Counted from the stretch's first letter, positions 1 through 9,386 are shown. The stretch is 64,000 nucleotides of DNA from Candidatus Melainabacteria bacterium RIFCSPHIGHO2_02_FULL_34_12 (GCA_001784555.1 MFRM01000006.1:34244-98243); one strand, 5' to 3'. The notes: a model not told the origin generated them from the sequence alone. Made by a program: numbers and translations.

Positions 1-267
1 GAAATTCTCTTTCTTAGGCTTTTAGTAATAGCATTTGCAAGTCTTTCTGGCAAAGGGTATTGTTTCTCTGATATTAATTTTTCAATGTTAATTAAAACTG
101 CTTTATGCTTTTTATAGTTTTCTTGAGCAGCAGTTAATCTTGTTAATGAGTTTATAGCCAATGTATCTCTTTTTAAAAGAAGATCGTCTATAACAACTCG
201 TAAAAAATTTAATGACTGACTAGCATTTAGCAAAAGTTCTTTAACTTGCTTTTCTGTGCTGTGCATT
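1..267 (-). CDS. Hypothetical protein, partial (runs off the left edge). ATG at 267..265; N-terminus MHSTEKQVKELLLNASQSLNFLRVVIDDLLLKRD...
   Basis: Hand translation of the minus strand shows an open frame from 267 to the window edge. It is absent from the supplied track because it is incomplete. No recognisable family. It is not TrmD, which would be expected downstream of rimM. Confidence 0.3.
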
Positions 268-414
268 AATTTCTTTTCTTATCTCTTTTATAAGTATTTT
301 GTCTTCTTCAAATAATTTGTCACATTCTTTATGAATTTTATCTAATCTTTTAATAGTACTCTTACCAAATTCTATCTTTTTAGAAGAAGCTTTTTGTTTG
401 TTTTTTCTTTTCAT
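244..414 (-). CDS. Small Lys-rich ORF (56 aa, MKRKNKQKASSKKIEFGKSTIKRLDKIHKE...). It overlaps the start of the 1..267 ORF in another frame. It could be a separate small protein, or the N-terminus of that gene displaced by a frameshift.
   Basis: Hand translation of the minus strand. ATG at 414..412, TAA at 243..241. Located 28 bp downstream of the rimM stop. Confidence 0.15.
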
Positions 415-441
415 TTAATCGTTTTCCCTTAATTAAGAATA

Positions 442-948
442 TTATATCTCATTTATTAACCCCTCTATTGCATTTATTGTAATTGTCTTTTCTTTTAAAT
501 TTATCTCTGGTACCAGTTCATCAGCAAATGGAACCATTATTTCTTTTCCATCTTCATCTTTAATAACCAGAATGTCATTTCCACCTTTCATTATGTGATC
601 TACTTTCCCTAGTAAATCACCGGATTCTGTGTATGCTGTAAGACCTTCAAGATCATGATAGTAATATTCATTTTTTTGTAGTTCCTTAAATTCAATGGTC
701 GGTACATAGACAGATAATTCTGCTAAACCCTCAGCTACATTCATATCAGCTATACCTTCAAGTGCAAATAAATAAACATTTTTATGTTTTTTTGATTTTA
801 AAACTTTAAATTCTTGTTTTACACTATCTTCACTTTCTACGTAAATGGAATTAAGCTCAAGAAGATAGTCTGCCGGTTCCACTAAAGGGAGAATCTTTAC
901 TTCACCTTTATTTCCAAATGTACCTACAATTGTGCCGACTAGAAACAT
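442..948 (-). CDS. rimM: Ribosome maturation factor RimM (16S rRNA processing)
   Basis: 168 aa. N-terminal GTIVGTFGNKGEVKILPL and a C-terminal PRC-barrel-like region match the RimM family pattern. Confidence 0.8.
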   Translation of the reverse strand: MFLVGTIVGTFGNKGEVKILPLVEPADYLLELNSIYVESEDSVKQEFKVLKSKKHKNVYLFALEGIADMNVAEGLAELSVYVPTIEFKELQKNEYYYHDLEGLTAYTESGDLLGKVDHIMKGGNDILVIKDEDGKEIMVPFADELVPEINLKEKTITINAIEGLINEI

Positions 949-985
949 AATACCCCTATTTTGTGGGCGTGCTGGTGGCGCCCCC

Positions 986-2107
986 CTACATTAAAACAAC
1001 ATTTGGCTTGCTGCTTTTTTCAATTTTTGTACCAGGAGCCCAAACTGAATTTGAAATCATTTCAGTACCTTCGCTGACCCAGCAGTTATTTCCTATTATG
1101 CTGTTAATTACCTTTACATTTTTACCTATGTGAGAACCAGCCCAAATCATTGAATTACTAATATAAGAATTTCCTTCTATAACACAATTTTTTTCTATAT
1201 AAACCAAACCACTAATAACTACATTTGGTCCAATTTTTACATTTTCTCCCAGGTATATATTTCCTTCTATTTTTACAGATGGATCAATTATTACTCCGTT
1301 TCCTTTCCAGCCAAAATTTGCTTTCGGGGTATCTATCTTTAGTGAAACTCTTTCGAGAAGTGCATCTTTTATGCTTTGGAGATATTGCTGAAGGCTTCCA
1401 ATATCTGCCCAATATTGATTTATTTTTATGCCTTGCAGCGGAATATTTTTTTTCATTAGCTTTTGGAAAAGATCAGTAGCTATATCGACTTTTGGAGCTT
1501 CTAATTCTGATGGAATTTCAGCTAAGACGCTTTGATTAAAAAAGTAAATCGCTGTGTTAGCTAGATTGCTCTTTGCTTCTTCGGGTTTTGGTTTTTCCTG
1601 AAATGAAATTACACGATCGTTTTTATCTGTTACCACTACACCGAACTGAGAAGTATCTGACACTTCTTTAATAGCAATGGTTACAGGACACTTTCCTTCA
1701 ATATGCCTTTCATAGAGATAAGTAAGATCTATGTCTGTTAGGGCATCTCCCATTATTACTAAAATAACATCATCAGTTAAATATTTTTTACAGCTTCTGA
1801 CACCGCCTGCTATTCCAGTAAGTTTTTTTTCATATACAAAATTAAAATTTACTCCTAGTTTTTCTTTTGAACTGTTAAAATAATTTTCAATTTTTTCATG
1901 CATTACATGAGTATTTGCTGAAAGATTTGTAAAACCATGTTCTTTGCAAAGAGTTACAATATGCTCCATTACAGGTTTTCCAAGTATAGGACAAAGTGGT
2001 TTAGGAATCTCTGATGTAAGTGGATCAAGTCTGGAACCTACTCCAGCTGCAAGAATCATTGCCTGTTGGGGCTTGCCATGGCAAGCCCTTACGTCATCCT
2101 GATCCAT
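986..2107 (-). CDS. Sugar-1-phosphate nucleotidyltransferase with a C-terminal left-handed beta-helix (GDP-mannose pyrophosphorylase / GlmU-like fold)
   Basis: The N-terminus has MILAAGVGSRLDPLT...KPL (NTP-transferase G-x-G-x-R-L motif). The C-terminal third is full of hexapeptide-like I/V-G-x-N repeats (VKIGPNVVISG..IEKNCVIEGNSYI). A GAGGGG RBS lies about 12 nt upstream of the 2107 ATG. An internal Met at 2059 is an alternative start. Confidence 0.7.
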   Translation of the reverse strand: MDQDDVRACHGKPQQAMILAAGVGSRLDPLTSEIPKPLCPILGKPVMEHIVTLCKEHGFTNLSANTHVMHEKIENYFNSSKEKLGVNFNFVYEKKLTGIAGGVRSCKKYLTDDVILVIMGDALTDIDLTYLYERHIEGKCPVTIAIKEVSDTSQFGVVVTDKNDRVISFQEKPKPEEAKSNLANTAIYFFNQSVLAEIPSELEAPKVDIATDLFQKLMKKNIPLQGIKINQYWADIGSLQQYLQSIKDALLERVSLKIDTPKANFGWKGNGVIIDPSVKIEGNIYLGENVKIGPNVVISGLVYIEKNCVIEGNSYISNSMIWAGSHIGKNVKVINSIIGNNCWVSEGTEMISNSVWAPGTKIEKSSKPNVVLM

Positions 2108-2112
2108 TTATA

Positions 2113-3498
2113 TTATTTCCCCTCAGCTCTTTTTACTGCTTTCATTACTTCTTCCGGTGCAGTTCCACCATGTATTTTTTTTGTGTTAACACATGATTCT
2201 AATTTTATCTTTTCAATAATATCATTATTAAACTCTTTATTAAATCTTTTCCATTCATCCATTGTTAAATTGTTTAATTGTTTTTTATTTTTAATACAAT
2301 ATACAATTATTTTTCCTGTAATTTCATGAGCAGATCTAAATGGTATTCCCTTTTTAGTAAGGTAATCAGCAACTTCTGTAGCATTTAAATAACCAGTTTG
2401 AGTTGCTTTATACATTTTTTCTTTATTGAATTTTATATTCTGTAAGAACTCATTTGTAATTTTTAAAATAATTTTTATCTGGTCAACCGAATCAAAAATC
2501 AATTCTTTATCTTCCTGAAGATCCTTGTTATATGCCATTGGCAGTCCTTTAAGCACAGTGAGCATGGCAGTAAGATTTCCTAAGAATCTTCCTGATTTTC
2601 CACGTATGAGTTCTGGAATATCCGGATTTTTCTTCTGTGGCATCATGCTGCTTCCTGTGGCATATGCATCTGAAATAGTTATGTAATTAAACTCATCCGT
2701 GCTCCATAAAATCATTTCTTCTGCCCATTGGCTAAGGTGAATGCCAAGAAGTGAAATATTAAAAAGTGACTCAGCTATAAAGTCTCTGTCAGAGACTGCA
2801 TCAATGCTATTTTCAGTAATTTTTTCAAATCCAAGCTTTGTAGCTAATAGATTTCTATTTATCTTAAATCCTGCTCCTGCTACTGCGCCTGCTCCCAGAG
2901 GTAAAACATTTATTCTTTTTATACTCTCAGTAAATCTCTCCAGATCTCTTTTTAGTTTTTGTTCATAAGCTAAAAGATAATGACCTAGAGTTATGGCTTG
3001 TGCTTTTTGAAGATGCGTATACCCGGGAAGTATGGTTTTATAGTGTTTTTTGGAGAGATTTATTATTGTCAGTCTTAGCTTTTTTAAGAGTAAAATAATT
3101 TCTTTGATTTCATTTCTGGTCCAAAGCCTTATATCTGTAGCTACTTGGTCATTTCTGCTTCTTCCAGTATGTAATTTTCTTCCTGTGTCTCCAATTATAG
3201 ATGAAAGTTTATTTTCAATGGCTGAGTGAATATCTTCGTTTTGATTTTCTTTAAACCATTTTTCGCCATTTTTATCTATCTGGCTTTTTATTTTTTTAAG
3301 TGTAGTAATAATCTTACTGGCTTCTTTTTTTGTAAGTACTTTTGCACTGGAAAGTCCATGTGCATGTGCAATTGAGCCTTCTATGTCTTCTTTATAAAGT
3401 CTTTTATCAAAGCTCAGGCTGTCGTTAAATTCACTTAAGAGTTTTGCTGATTTTTTTGAAAAACGTCCTGACCAGAGTTTGCTGCTTTTGTTCGGCAT
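2113..3498 (-). CDS. argH: Argininosuccinate lyase
   Basis: LWSGRF N-terminus and the fumarate-lyase signature HTGRSRNDQVATD. 461 aa. Confidence 0.9.
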   Translation of the reverse strand: MPNKSSKLWSGRFSKKSAKLLSEFNDSLSFDKRLYKEDIEGSIAHAHGLSSAKVLTKKEASKIITTLKKIKSQIDKNGEKWFKENQNEDIHSAIENKLSSIIGDTGRKLHTGRSRNDQVATDIRLWTRNEIKEIILLLKKLRLTIINLSKKHYKTILPGYTHLQKAQAITLGHYLLAYEQKLKRDLERFTESIKRINVLPLGAGAVAGAGFKINRNLLATKLGFEKITENSIDAVSDRDFIAESLFNISLLGIHLSQWAEEMILWSTDEFNYITISDAYATGSSMMPQKKNPDIPELIRGKSGRFLGNLTAMLTVLKGLPMAYNKDLQEDKELIFDSVDQIKIILKITNEFLQNIKFNKEKMYKATQTGYLNATEVADYLTKKGIPFRSAHEITGKIIVYCIKNKKQLNNLTMDEWKRFNKEFNNDIIEKIKLESCVNTKKIHGGTAPEEVMKAVKRAEGK

Positions 3499-3537
3499 AA
3501 CATGAATATATTAGCGCATAGATATGAAAGGCACTAT

Positions 3538-3567
3538 AGTAGGGACGTTGCACGCAACGCCCCTACT
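3538..3567. promoter_or_regulatory. GC-rich hairpin: agtagggacgttgc / gcaacgcccctact arms with one mismatch. It lies between the response-regulator stop and the argH start.
   Basis: Inverted repeat read directly from the sequence. No clean U-run on either strand, so it is not a canonical terminator. Possible attenuator or processing site. Confidence 0.25.
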
Positions 3568-3575
3568 GTTATCTT

Positions 3576-4376
3576 CTAAATTTTCTGAAACATATAACCA
3601 GTTCCACGTGAGGTAAGAATAAGTTCTGGATTTGCTGGATCTTCTTCCAGCTTTGAACGCAATCTGCTTATATGAACATCTACTACACGGGTATCTATTC
3701 TATGATCTGCTGGATAAGACCAAACTTGTTGCAGAATTTCTGCACGGGAATATGGTTTTCCGGAATTACTTACAAGCAGCTCAAGCAGATTAAATTCCAT
3801 TCCAGTTAAGCGAATTCTCTCATTATTTTTATAAACCTGTCTTTTGCTGGTATCGATTTTTAAATTTCCAATAACTATTACATTATTTGAATGGCCGCTT
3901 GCCTGTTCCATAGGCCTGTCTGTAACTCTTCTTAAAACTGCCTTTATTCTGGCCTCAAGTTCATTTGGACTGAATGGTTTAGTGACATAATCATCAGCAC
4001 CCATCTCCAGTCCTTTTATTCTGTCAGCTACATCTACAACTGCTGAAAGAATAATTACAGGCACTTCTGAATAAGATCTAATTTCTTTACATACAGCAAA
4101 ACCATCTACTTTTGGGAGCATAATATCGAGAATTACAATGTCAGGGTGGTAGGTATTAAATTTTTCAATGGCTTCTTCCCCGTCATGTGCAATATCAACC
4201 TGATAACCGGAGAGTTTTAAACGTGTTTCAAGTATTCGTCGTATTGTAGTTTCATCATCTACAATTAATACTTTTGTTTTTGGTTCCTTCTCAACAGTTT
4301 CTATTGGTTGAGATGGAATTGGTTGTGGTGAAGGAATTTGTACAGTTTCATTTTCTGGTTTGAAAACTGTTTCCAT
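3576..4376 (-). CDS. OmpR-family two-component response regulator, RpaB/Ycf27-like
   Basis: Receiver domain KVLIVDDETTIRRILE...DIVILDIMLPKVDGFAVC...KPFSPNELEARIKAVLRR plus a winged-helix C-terminus (RIDTRVVDVHISRLRSKLE...TSRGTGYMF). A roughly 30-aa N-terminal extension is typical of the cyanobacterial RpaB type. Confidence 0.8.
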   Translation of the reverse strand: METVFKPENETVQIPSPQPIPSQPIETVEKEPKTKVLIVDDETTIRRILETRLKLSGYQVDIAHDGEEAIEKFNTYHPDIVILDIMLPKVDGFAVCKEIRSYSEVPVIILSAVVDVADRIKGLEMGADDYVTKPFSPNELEARIKAVLRRVTDRPMEQASGHSNNVIVIGNLKIDTSKRQVYKNNERIRLTGMEFNLLELLVSNSGKPYSRAEILQQVWSYPADHRIDTRVVDVHISRLRSKLEEDPANPELILTSRGTGYMFQKI

Positions 4377-4400
4377 TAGCTCTTACCTCTTTAATTTTTT

Positions 4401-5582
4401 TTGAGTTATACTTTTATTAGCTTAATGATTAGTTTATCTCATGTTAAGAAGTATGAACAGGTCAATCTTGGTTCCAAAATTTTGAGGGAATTAAGGTTTT
4501 TTTGTTTATTTTTTTTAATTTTAGTCTTAACGATTCCAGCAAATAGAACTTTTGCCCTGGATGAATCGAAACCAGCACTTCCGCTTGAAATCTCAGAAAA
4601 ATACTATAAAAAAGAAGCAATTTTAAAGTTTAATCAGGCAGTCAAAGAATGGGAATCCATGGATACTGCCCTGGCAATTAATTCATGGACTGAAGCTATT
4701 AAACTTGATCCAAATTTATGGGTGGCATATCTGGGACTTGGACAGGCTTATGAGTCTGAAAAAGAGTATACAAAGGCACTTGATGCTTATAAGCATTACC
4801 TTGATATAGCACCGCAAATTGCACCTGATCGGAAGACTGTAGTAGATGCAGTTAAATTCTTATCTCATCTTTTGAAAAATGGGGAGGAAGTTGTAAAAAG
4901 CAGTGACTATTTACAGCTTGTAAAAACTAAACATGGTGGTAGAGAACTTTTTGTCCGCTGGGATTTAAGCAAACCTGTAAAAATTTATTTTTATCCTGCA
5001 CAAGGAGTACCGCATTACAGAAGTGAATTTCAGGAAGCATTTTCAGAAGGAGCAAAAATTTGGCAGCAGGCCCTTGAAGGTTTAAAGTTTGAAATAATTG
5101 ATAATTCTATACTTTCTCTTTTTAAACTAAAAGAAAGAGAAAAAAAGGAAAAAGAATTTGTAGAACAAGCACAGATAAAAGTTATTTTTCCTTCCAGGTT
5201 TAAAATAAAAGGAGATCCAAAAAATCCTATTGCAGCTGAAATTGATGCTCAAAGTTTTCCGGAAATCAGGGATAAAAAAAACTTCAGAGTACTTGGAGTA
5301 ATTATGGTAAGTCCTTATATTTATCACCAGTCACAGATAGCAATTCCACTTGAGCCACTGTCAAAATTAAAAACAACAGAAGAGCAAATTAAAAAAATAA
5401 AAATTATTGCAGCACGCGAAGTTGGTCATGCTCTAGGGCTTTGGGGATTTAGTCCAAACCCAGATGATCTGATGTTTGAAGGAGAAGTTACCCAGCTTAA
5501 ACTTTCTGACAGAGATAAGAACACACTTAAAAAACTTTATGAGCTGGATCCTGAAAAAGAGAATGTGCTGACAAATTTTTAA
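4401..5582 (+). CDS. Secreted/membrane-anchored TPR-repeat protein with a degenerate metzincin-like motif
   Basis: N-terminal hydrophobic segment FFCLFFLILVLTIPA. TPR-like AINSWTEAIKLDPNLWVAYLGLGQAYESEKEYTKALDAYKHYLDIAP. Near the C-terminus, AAREVGHALGLWGF resembles HExxHxxGxxH but has R in place of the first His and G in place of the third. Confidence 0.5.
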   Translation: MSYTFISLMISLSHVKKYEQVNLGSKILRELRFFCLFFLILVLTIPANRTFALDESKPALPLEISEKYYKKEAILKFNQAVKEWESMDTALAINSWTEAIKLDPNLWVAYLGLGQAYESEKEYTKALDAYKHYLDIAPQIAPDRKTVVDAVKFLSHLLKNGEEVVKSSDYLQLVKTKHGGRELFVRWDLSKPVKIYFYPAQGVPHYRSEFQEAFSEGAKIWQQALEGLKFEIIDNSILSLFKLKEREKKEKEFVEQAQIKVIFPSRFKIKGDPKNPIAAEIDAQSFPEIRDKKNFRVLGVIMVSPYIYHQSQIAIPLEPLSKLKTTEEQIKKIKIIAAREVGHALGLWGFSPNPDDLMFEGEVTQLKLSDRDKNTLKKLYELDPEKENVLTNF

Positions 5583-7435
5583 TGAATCCAGCCAGCCATT
5601 GAACTTTTAGGTTCAAGCATAATTTCAAACCGAGAACTATTCTCTGTCTTTTGCGATCCGCCGTATTTTTTATCGGCAGTATTGATTTCAGATTCAAATG
5701 AACTTCCGCAAAACGGGAATCCTATTAAATGAGCCTGGTCTGAAAAAGAATGAATAACTCCTATTTTTTTATTTCCCAAGTCATATTCAATAGCGACCCA
5801 TTCTTTATCTTTTGAGCAATTTACAGTTATATTTTCTCTTTTAAAAGCAGCTTTACCAAAGTGTCTTTTTCTAAACTCAATAAGATCTTTATACAAAGAT
5901 TTGATTTGCTGGTTTCTTTCATTATCTAGTTCATCCCAATTTATTCTTGAATCTAAAAATGATTTAGGGTCATTTGGATCAGGGGTTGATTCCCAATCTG
6001 CCCGTTCAAAATACTGCATTTCCCCTAATCTGCCACTTCTTGCTCCATCTCTAAAAAGCTGATCATCATAATTCACAAAAAATAAAAAGGGACTACTTGA
6101 ACCAAATTCATCCCCACTAAAGACCATTGGAATATAAGGAGATAATAAAGCCAGTGCACTGGAGAGTTTGTACTCTTCAAAAGAAACCAGTGTGCTTAAA
6201 CGACTGCCCGAAGGGCTATTTCCGATAGAATCATGGCTACTATGATAAACCACAAAATGACTTGTAGATGTACCACTTGAAGGCTTTCCATAATTAATGG
6301 GTTTTCCATGTGGTTTTTTTCTTTTTCTAAATGCAGATTCACGTGTTCCGTTAAAAATATTTGGATCTTCTAATCCTTTTGCAATATCACTTATATTACC
6401 AGTAAAGTCTCCGTAATATGAAGCAGTTTCTCCTGTAAGCTTTCTACGCAGTGCTTGTTCAGGATTAAACGACCAGACAGCATCCAGACCATAACCACCT
6501 TCTTCGGGTGGCTGAATAAATTTCGGATCGTTTTCTGAACTTTCACCTATTATAAGAACATTTCTTCCTAAAGATTTTGCAAGTCTTTTTACCTCATCTC
6601 TTATTTCTCTTAAAATATGTTTTTGACTGCTATCAAAAATATAGTCCACAGCATCCAGTCTTAAAACATCAAAATGATATTCAAAAATCCAGTAAAGTGC
6701 ATTTGAAATAATAAAATCCCTTACTGCTTGACTTCCTTCACCATCATAATTAAAAGTTTTTCCCCATGGAGTTGTGTATTTCTCTGTAAGGTATGGTCCA
6801 AACGGATCTAAAAAATTATCCCCACCTGCTCCTGTATGGTTACAAACCAGGTCTTTTGCAGCTGCAATTTTTCTTCCATGAAGTGAATTTATTAAACTTT
6901 TTAACCGAACCGGACCGCCATAGCTGTTCTGTGGTGCAAATGGAAATATTCCGTCATAGCCCCATCCTCTTTTTCCTGGAAATTGTGCTAGTGGCATAGG
7001 TTCTACACAGGTAAAACCTACATCCTCTATATGGGGAAGTTTTCCCATTACCCCTTCAAAATTTCCTTCTGGTGTAAAAGTGCTTACTGGAAGTTCATAA
7101 ATAATCAGATCTTCCAGAGATATTCCATGCCAGTCTTGATCTGTCCATGTAAAATCTTTAGGATCTATTATTTGTGAGGGACCTCTAATACCATCAGGTT
7201 GAAATCTGGATGCTGGATCAGGCAGTTCAATACTATTATCAATTCTATAAAGATATCTTGCATTTGAGGATACCTTTGCATTAGCAGTAAAATAATCCTC
7301 TTTATCTTTAGACATTTGTACAGTTCTTGAATCTAAAACCACAGAAGCTTTGTTAACATTTGGTCCCCAGAACTTAAATTCGATTTTACGATTAGGAGTA
7401 ATATTGGCGCCAAGATGAAGTTTAAAAGCTGACAT
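5579..7435 (-). CDS. GH13 alpha-amylase-family enzyme, malto-oligosyltrehalose trehalohydrolase (TreZ)-like
   Basis: N-terminal E-set-like domain, then YELPVSTFTPEGNFEGVMGKLPHIEDVGFTCVEPMPL (TreZ-like). GH13 regions present: DLVCNHTG (region I), LRLDAVDY (II), IIGESSE (III), YHSSHDS (IV). Confidence 0.6.
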   Translation of the reverse strand: MSAFKLHLGANITPNRKIEFKFWGPNVNKASVVLDSRTVQMSKDKEDYFTANAKVSSNARYLYRIDNSIELPDPASRFQPDGIRGPSQIIDPKDFTWTDQDWHGISLEDLIIYELPVSTFTPEGNFEGVMGKLPHIEDVGFTCVEPMPLAQFPGKRGWGYDGIFPFAPQNSYGGPVRLKSLINSLHGRKIAAAKDLVCNHTGAGGDNFLDPFGPYLTEKYTTPWGKTFNYDGEGSQAVRDFIISNALYWIFEYHFDVLRLDAVDYIFDSSQKHILREIRDEVKRLAKSLGRNVLIIGESSENDPKFIQPPEEGGYGLDAVWSFNPEQALRRKLTGETASYYGDFTGNISDIAKGLEDPNIFNGTRESAFRKRKKPHGKPINYGKPSSGTSTSHFVVYHSSHDSIGNSPSGSRLSTLVSFEEYKLSSALALLSPYIPMVFSGDEFGSSSPFLFFVNYDDQLFRDGARSGRLGEMQYFERADWESTPDPNDPKSFLDSRINWDELDNERNQQIKSLYKDLIEFRKRHFGKAAFKRENITVNCSKDKEWVAIEYDLGNKKIGVIHSFSDQAHLIGFPFCGSSFESEINTADKKYGGSQKTENSSRFEIMLEPKSSMAGWIH

Positions 7436-9129
7436 TATTTAATGGTTGGATCGAATCTTCCTGATTCTATGTTTATTCTTCTTAATTCTTGATTTAAATC
7501 TTGCATTTGTTTTAAGCCATCCAGCCTGTATTGAGGTGGATATGAATATTTAAAGTTTCTCCCGCTTGAATCTCCAGGTAGATTAATAAACTGATCATCT
7601 CCAGTAAATGCATTTGGATTGTGAGCAGTTAAGATGTCAGACAGTGGATGAAAAGTATATAAAGGTGGACTGTGTGCCATAGTTTCTATTAGCTTTAGCA
7701 TGTAGTCTGGAGTCATTTGATCTGGTGTATGGTCTATTCCGTAAATATCTGCCATATTTCTTTGTTCATCAGGTGATAGAGAACTATAATTTTGTGCTTC
7801 AAAAGGTATATTGTGCGTGGAAAATGCAAGTCCATTTAAAGAATCATATTTGCTGACACCAATAAATTTGCCAGGCTTTTTGTCAGCACTGTCTCCCGTA
7901 GTAGTACCTTTTCTGTAGAATCTTGGGATTATCATTCCAAGAACTCCTTGTGCTTTTAAAATTTTATTACATCTTAATTGTCCTGTGCCAAGATTTTCTG
8001 CCATTATTTTTAATCTTCCTCCACCGGCAGTAATATATCTAGAGGTAAGTTCTGTAAGTTGATCATCCCAGATTTTTTCATCTCCTTGTGGATCTTCTGG
8101 TATATATGCTCCTGTATTTGGCTCAGCATCATTATCAATTGCAAATATTCTTCCAAGTCCAAAAACATGATCTATTACTTCACCAGTTGCTACATCTGCT
8201 AAACAATCATGCCTTTGATTAATGTATTCAAATCCATCTTCTCTAACTCTTTCCCAGTTCATTATTGAATTGTCCCATTTTTGTCCGGCAGGGCCGAGTT
8301 TATCAGGTTTGCATCCTGCTTTTTTAGTAGAGTCAACATAACCACGATGACGTAAAACCCATGTATCTGCACTGTCTCTGGCAGGCAAAAAAGGAGTATC
8401 AATAAATATTTCAAAATTATTTCTTATAGCATGATCTTTAACTCTTGCTCCTTGCATAAAAAGTTGGTACTGAAGCCAGCTGTGAAATCCTATATCATCT
8501 GCATTTTTCCCTTTAAAGGTGTTTATTGCAGATGAGTCATATTCTGCTATTTTATTGTCTTTCCAATCCCAGTAGGCTCTGCTTTCATTAATTACTTTAT
8601 TTGCTCTGTATATTCCAAAGTCACCAATCCAATATTTTTTAGCACCTAAAAAATCTGCAAAGCCAGATGGGAGTTTTGGTGTAAGAGAATTATTAAAAAT
8701 TAATCTTGCTACATGTTCAATTCTGTTTGCTTTTCCGTATAAATCTTTTGATCCGTAAGGAAAATCATTTTCAATTCCGGTAATTTCTGATTCGTAAATT
8801 TTTAAAACCGCAGTAGGTACATCTACTAAGTCTCTTAGCGATAAAAATAAAGGCCACAGAGCAAATGAACTTTGTGCTACATATGGACTTTCTCCGTAAC
8901 CAGCAGGATTCAGTGGAGTTAAAATAAATCCTGCGTGTCCTGTTTCAATTGCCCAGTCTATAGCCGGGATTAGATCCAGAAGTTTTCCATTTTCAAAGCC
9001 TGGCAAAAATAACTGAATTAATGCTTTTCTTTGAGGGCCACTTGAACCGTCTTTTGCCCATGCTTGCTTTGCAGTGGAAGTTAATAAACTACCGTAATCA
9101 TATTTGCCTGGATGGTATTGAACTCGCAT
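7435..9129 (-). CDS. 4-alpha-glucanotransferase (amylomaltase, GH77)-like
   Basis: GFILTPLNPAGYGESPYVAQSSFALWPLFLSL resembles the GH77 LPLGPTGYGDSPY...SAFAGNPLLI block. 564 aa. Its stop overlaps the start of the upstream GH13 gene, suggesting one operon. Confidence 0.55.
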   Translation of the reverse strand: MRVQYHPGKYDYGSLLTSTAKQAWAKDGSSGPQRKALIQLFLPGFENGKLLDLIPAIDWAIETGHAGFILTPLNPAGYGESPYVAQSSFALWPLFLSLRDLVDVPTAVLKIYESEITGIENDFPYGSKDLYGKANRIEHVARLIFNNSLTPKLPSGFADFLGAKKYWIGDFGIYRANKVINESRAYWDWKDNKIAEYDSSAINTFKGKNADDIGFHSWLQYQLFMQGARVKDHAIRNNFEIFIDTPFLPARDSADTWVLRHRGYVDSTKKAGCKPDKLGPAGQKWDNSIMNWERVREDGFEYINQRHDCLADVATGEVIDHVFGLGRIFAIDNDAEPNTGAYIPEDPQGDEKIWDDQLTELTSRYITAGGGRLKIMAENLGTGQLRCNKILKAQGVLGMIIPRFYRKGTTTGDSADKKPGKFIGVSKYDSLNGLAFSTHNIPFEAQNYSSLSPDEQRNMADIYGIDHTPDQMTPDYMLKLIETMAHSPPLYTFHPLSDILTAHNPNAFTGDDQFINLPGDSSGRNFKYSYPPQYRLDGLKQMQDLNQELRRINIESGRFDPTIK

Positions 9130-9176
9130 GTAAAAAAATTATTTAGTTCTTAAATTAATTGAAACTATTCTACTTT

Positions 9177-9377
9177 GTGTTACGGATTTATGTCCATAAG
9201 TTTAATTTTCTCTGAACGTATAAAGCGCCTTCCCTTAAAATCGGCTATCACGGCAGCAAGCTACCGTGTGTTACGCGGATTTTATCCCTTCAGCACCGGT
9301 CGGCGCTGTTAAGGAAGGCGCTTTGATTTTGCTCGTTTATATCCCGGAAGCAAGCTTCCGGGTTTTACACTTCGCTC
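9177..9377. repeat. GC-rich composite repeat. Two roughly 91-bp degenerate tandem units, each starting GTGTTACG(C)GGATTTTATCC and ending in a 20-nt hairpin (cacggcagcaagctaccgtg; cccggaagcaagcttccggg). The two units are also joined by a long-range inverted repeat: aaagcgccttccctta (9222-9237) versus ttaaggaaggcgcttt (9309-9324).
   Basis: Read directly from the sequence. The GC content is far above the flanking AT-rich DNA. Located between the GH15 stop and the GH77 start. Confidence 0.5.
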
Positions 9378-9386
9378 AAATAAATA

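Noticed and set aside
986-2107. Assigning the LbH nucleotidyltransferase a specific name (GlmU, ManC or RmlA)
   Set aside because: It has an NTP-transferase plus a hexapeptide-repeat tail but no acetyltransferase motifs I can verify. Substrate specificity cannot be read from the sequence.
1225-3000. Track ORFs 1225..1479(+), 2066..2329(+) and 2741..2968(+), and similar 60-110-aa ORFs antisense to or overlapping annotated genes (for example 5127..5327, 6793..6999, 16546..17058, 20719..21051, 23509..23865, 29958..30284, 45772..46044)
   Set aside because: They are embedded in or antisense to strongly supported genes, have low-complexity AT-codon-driven composition and have no start context. They are shadow ORFs.
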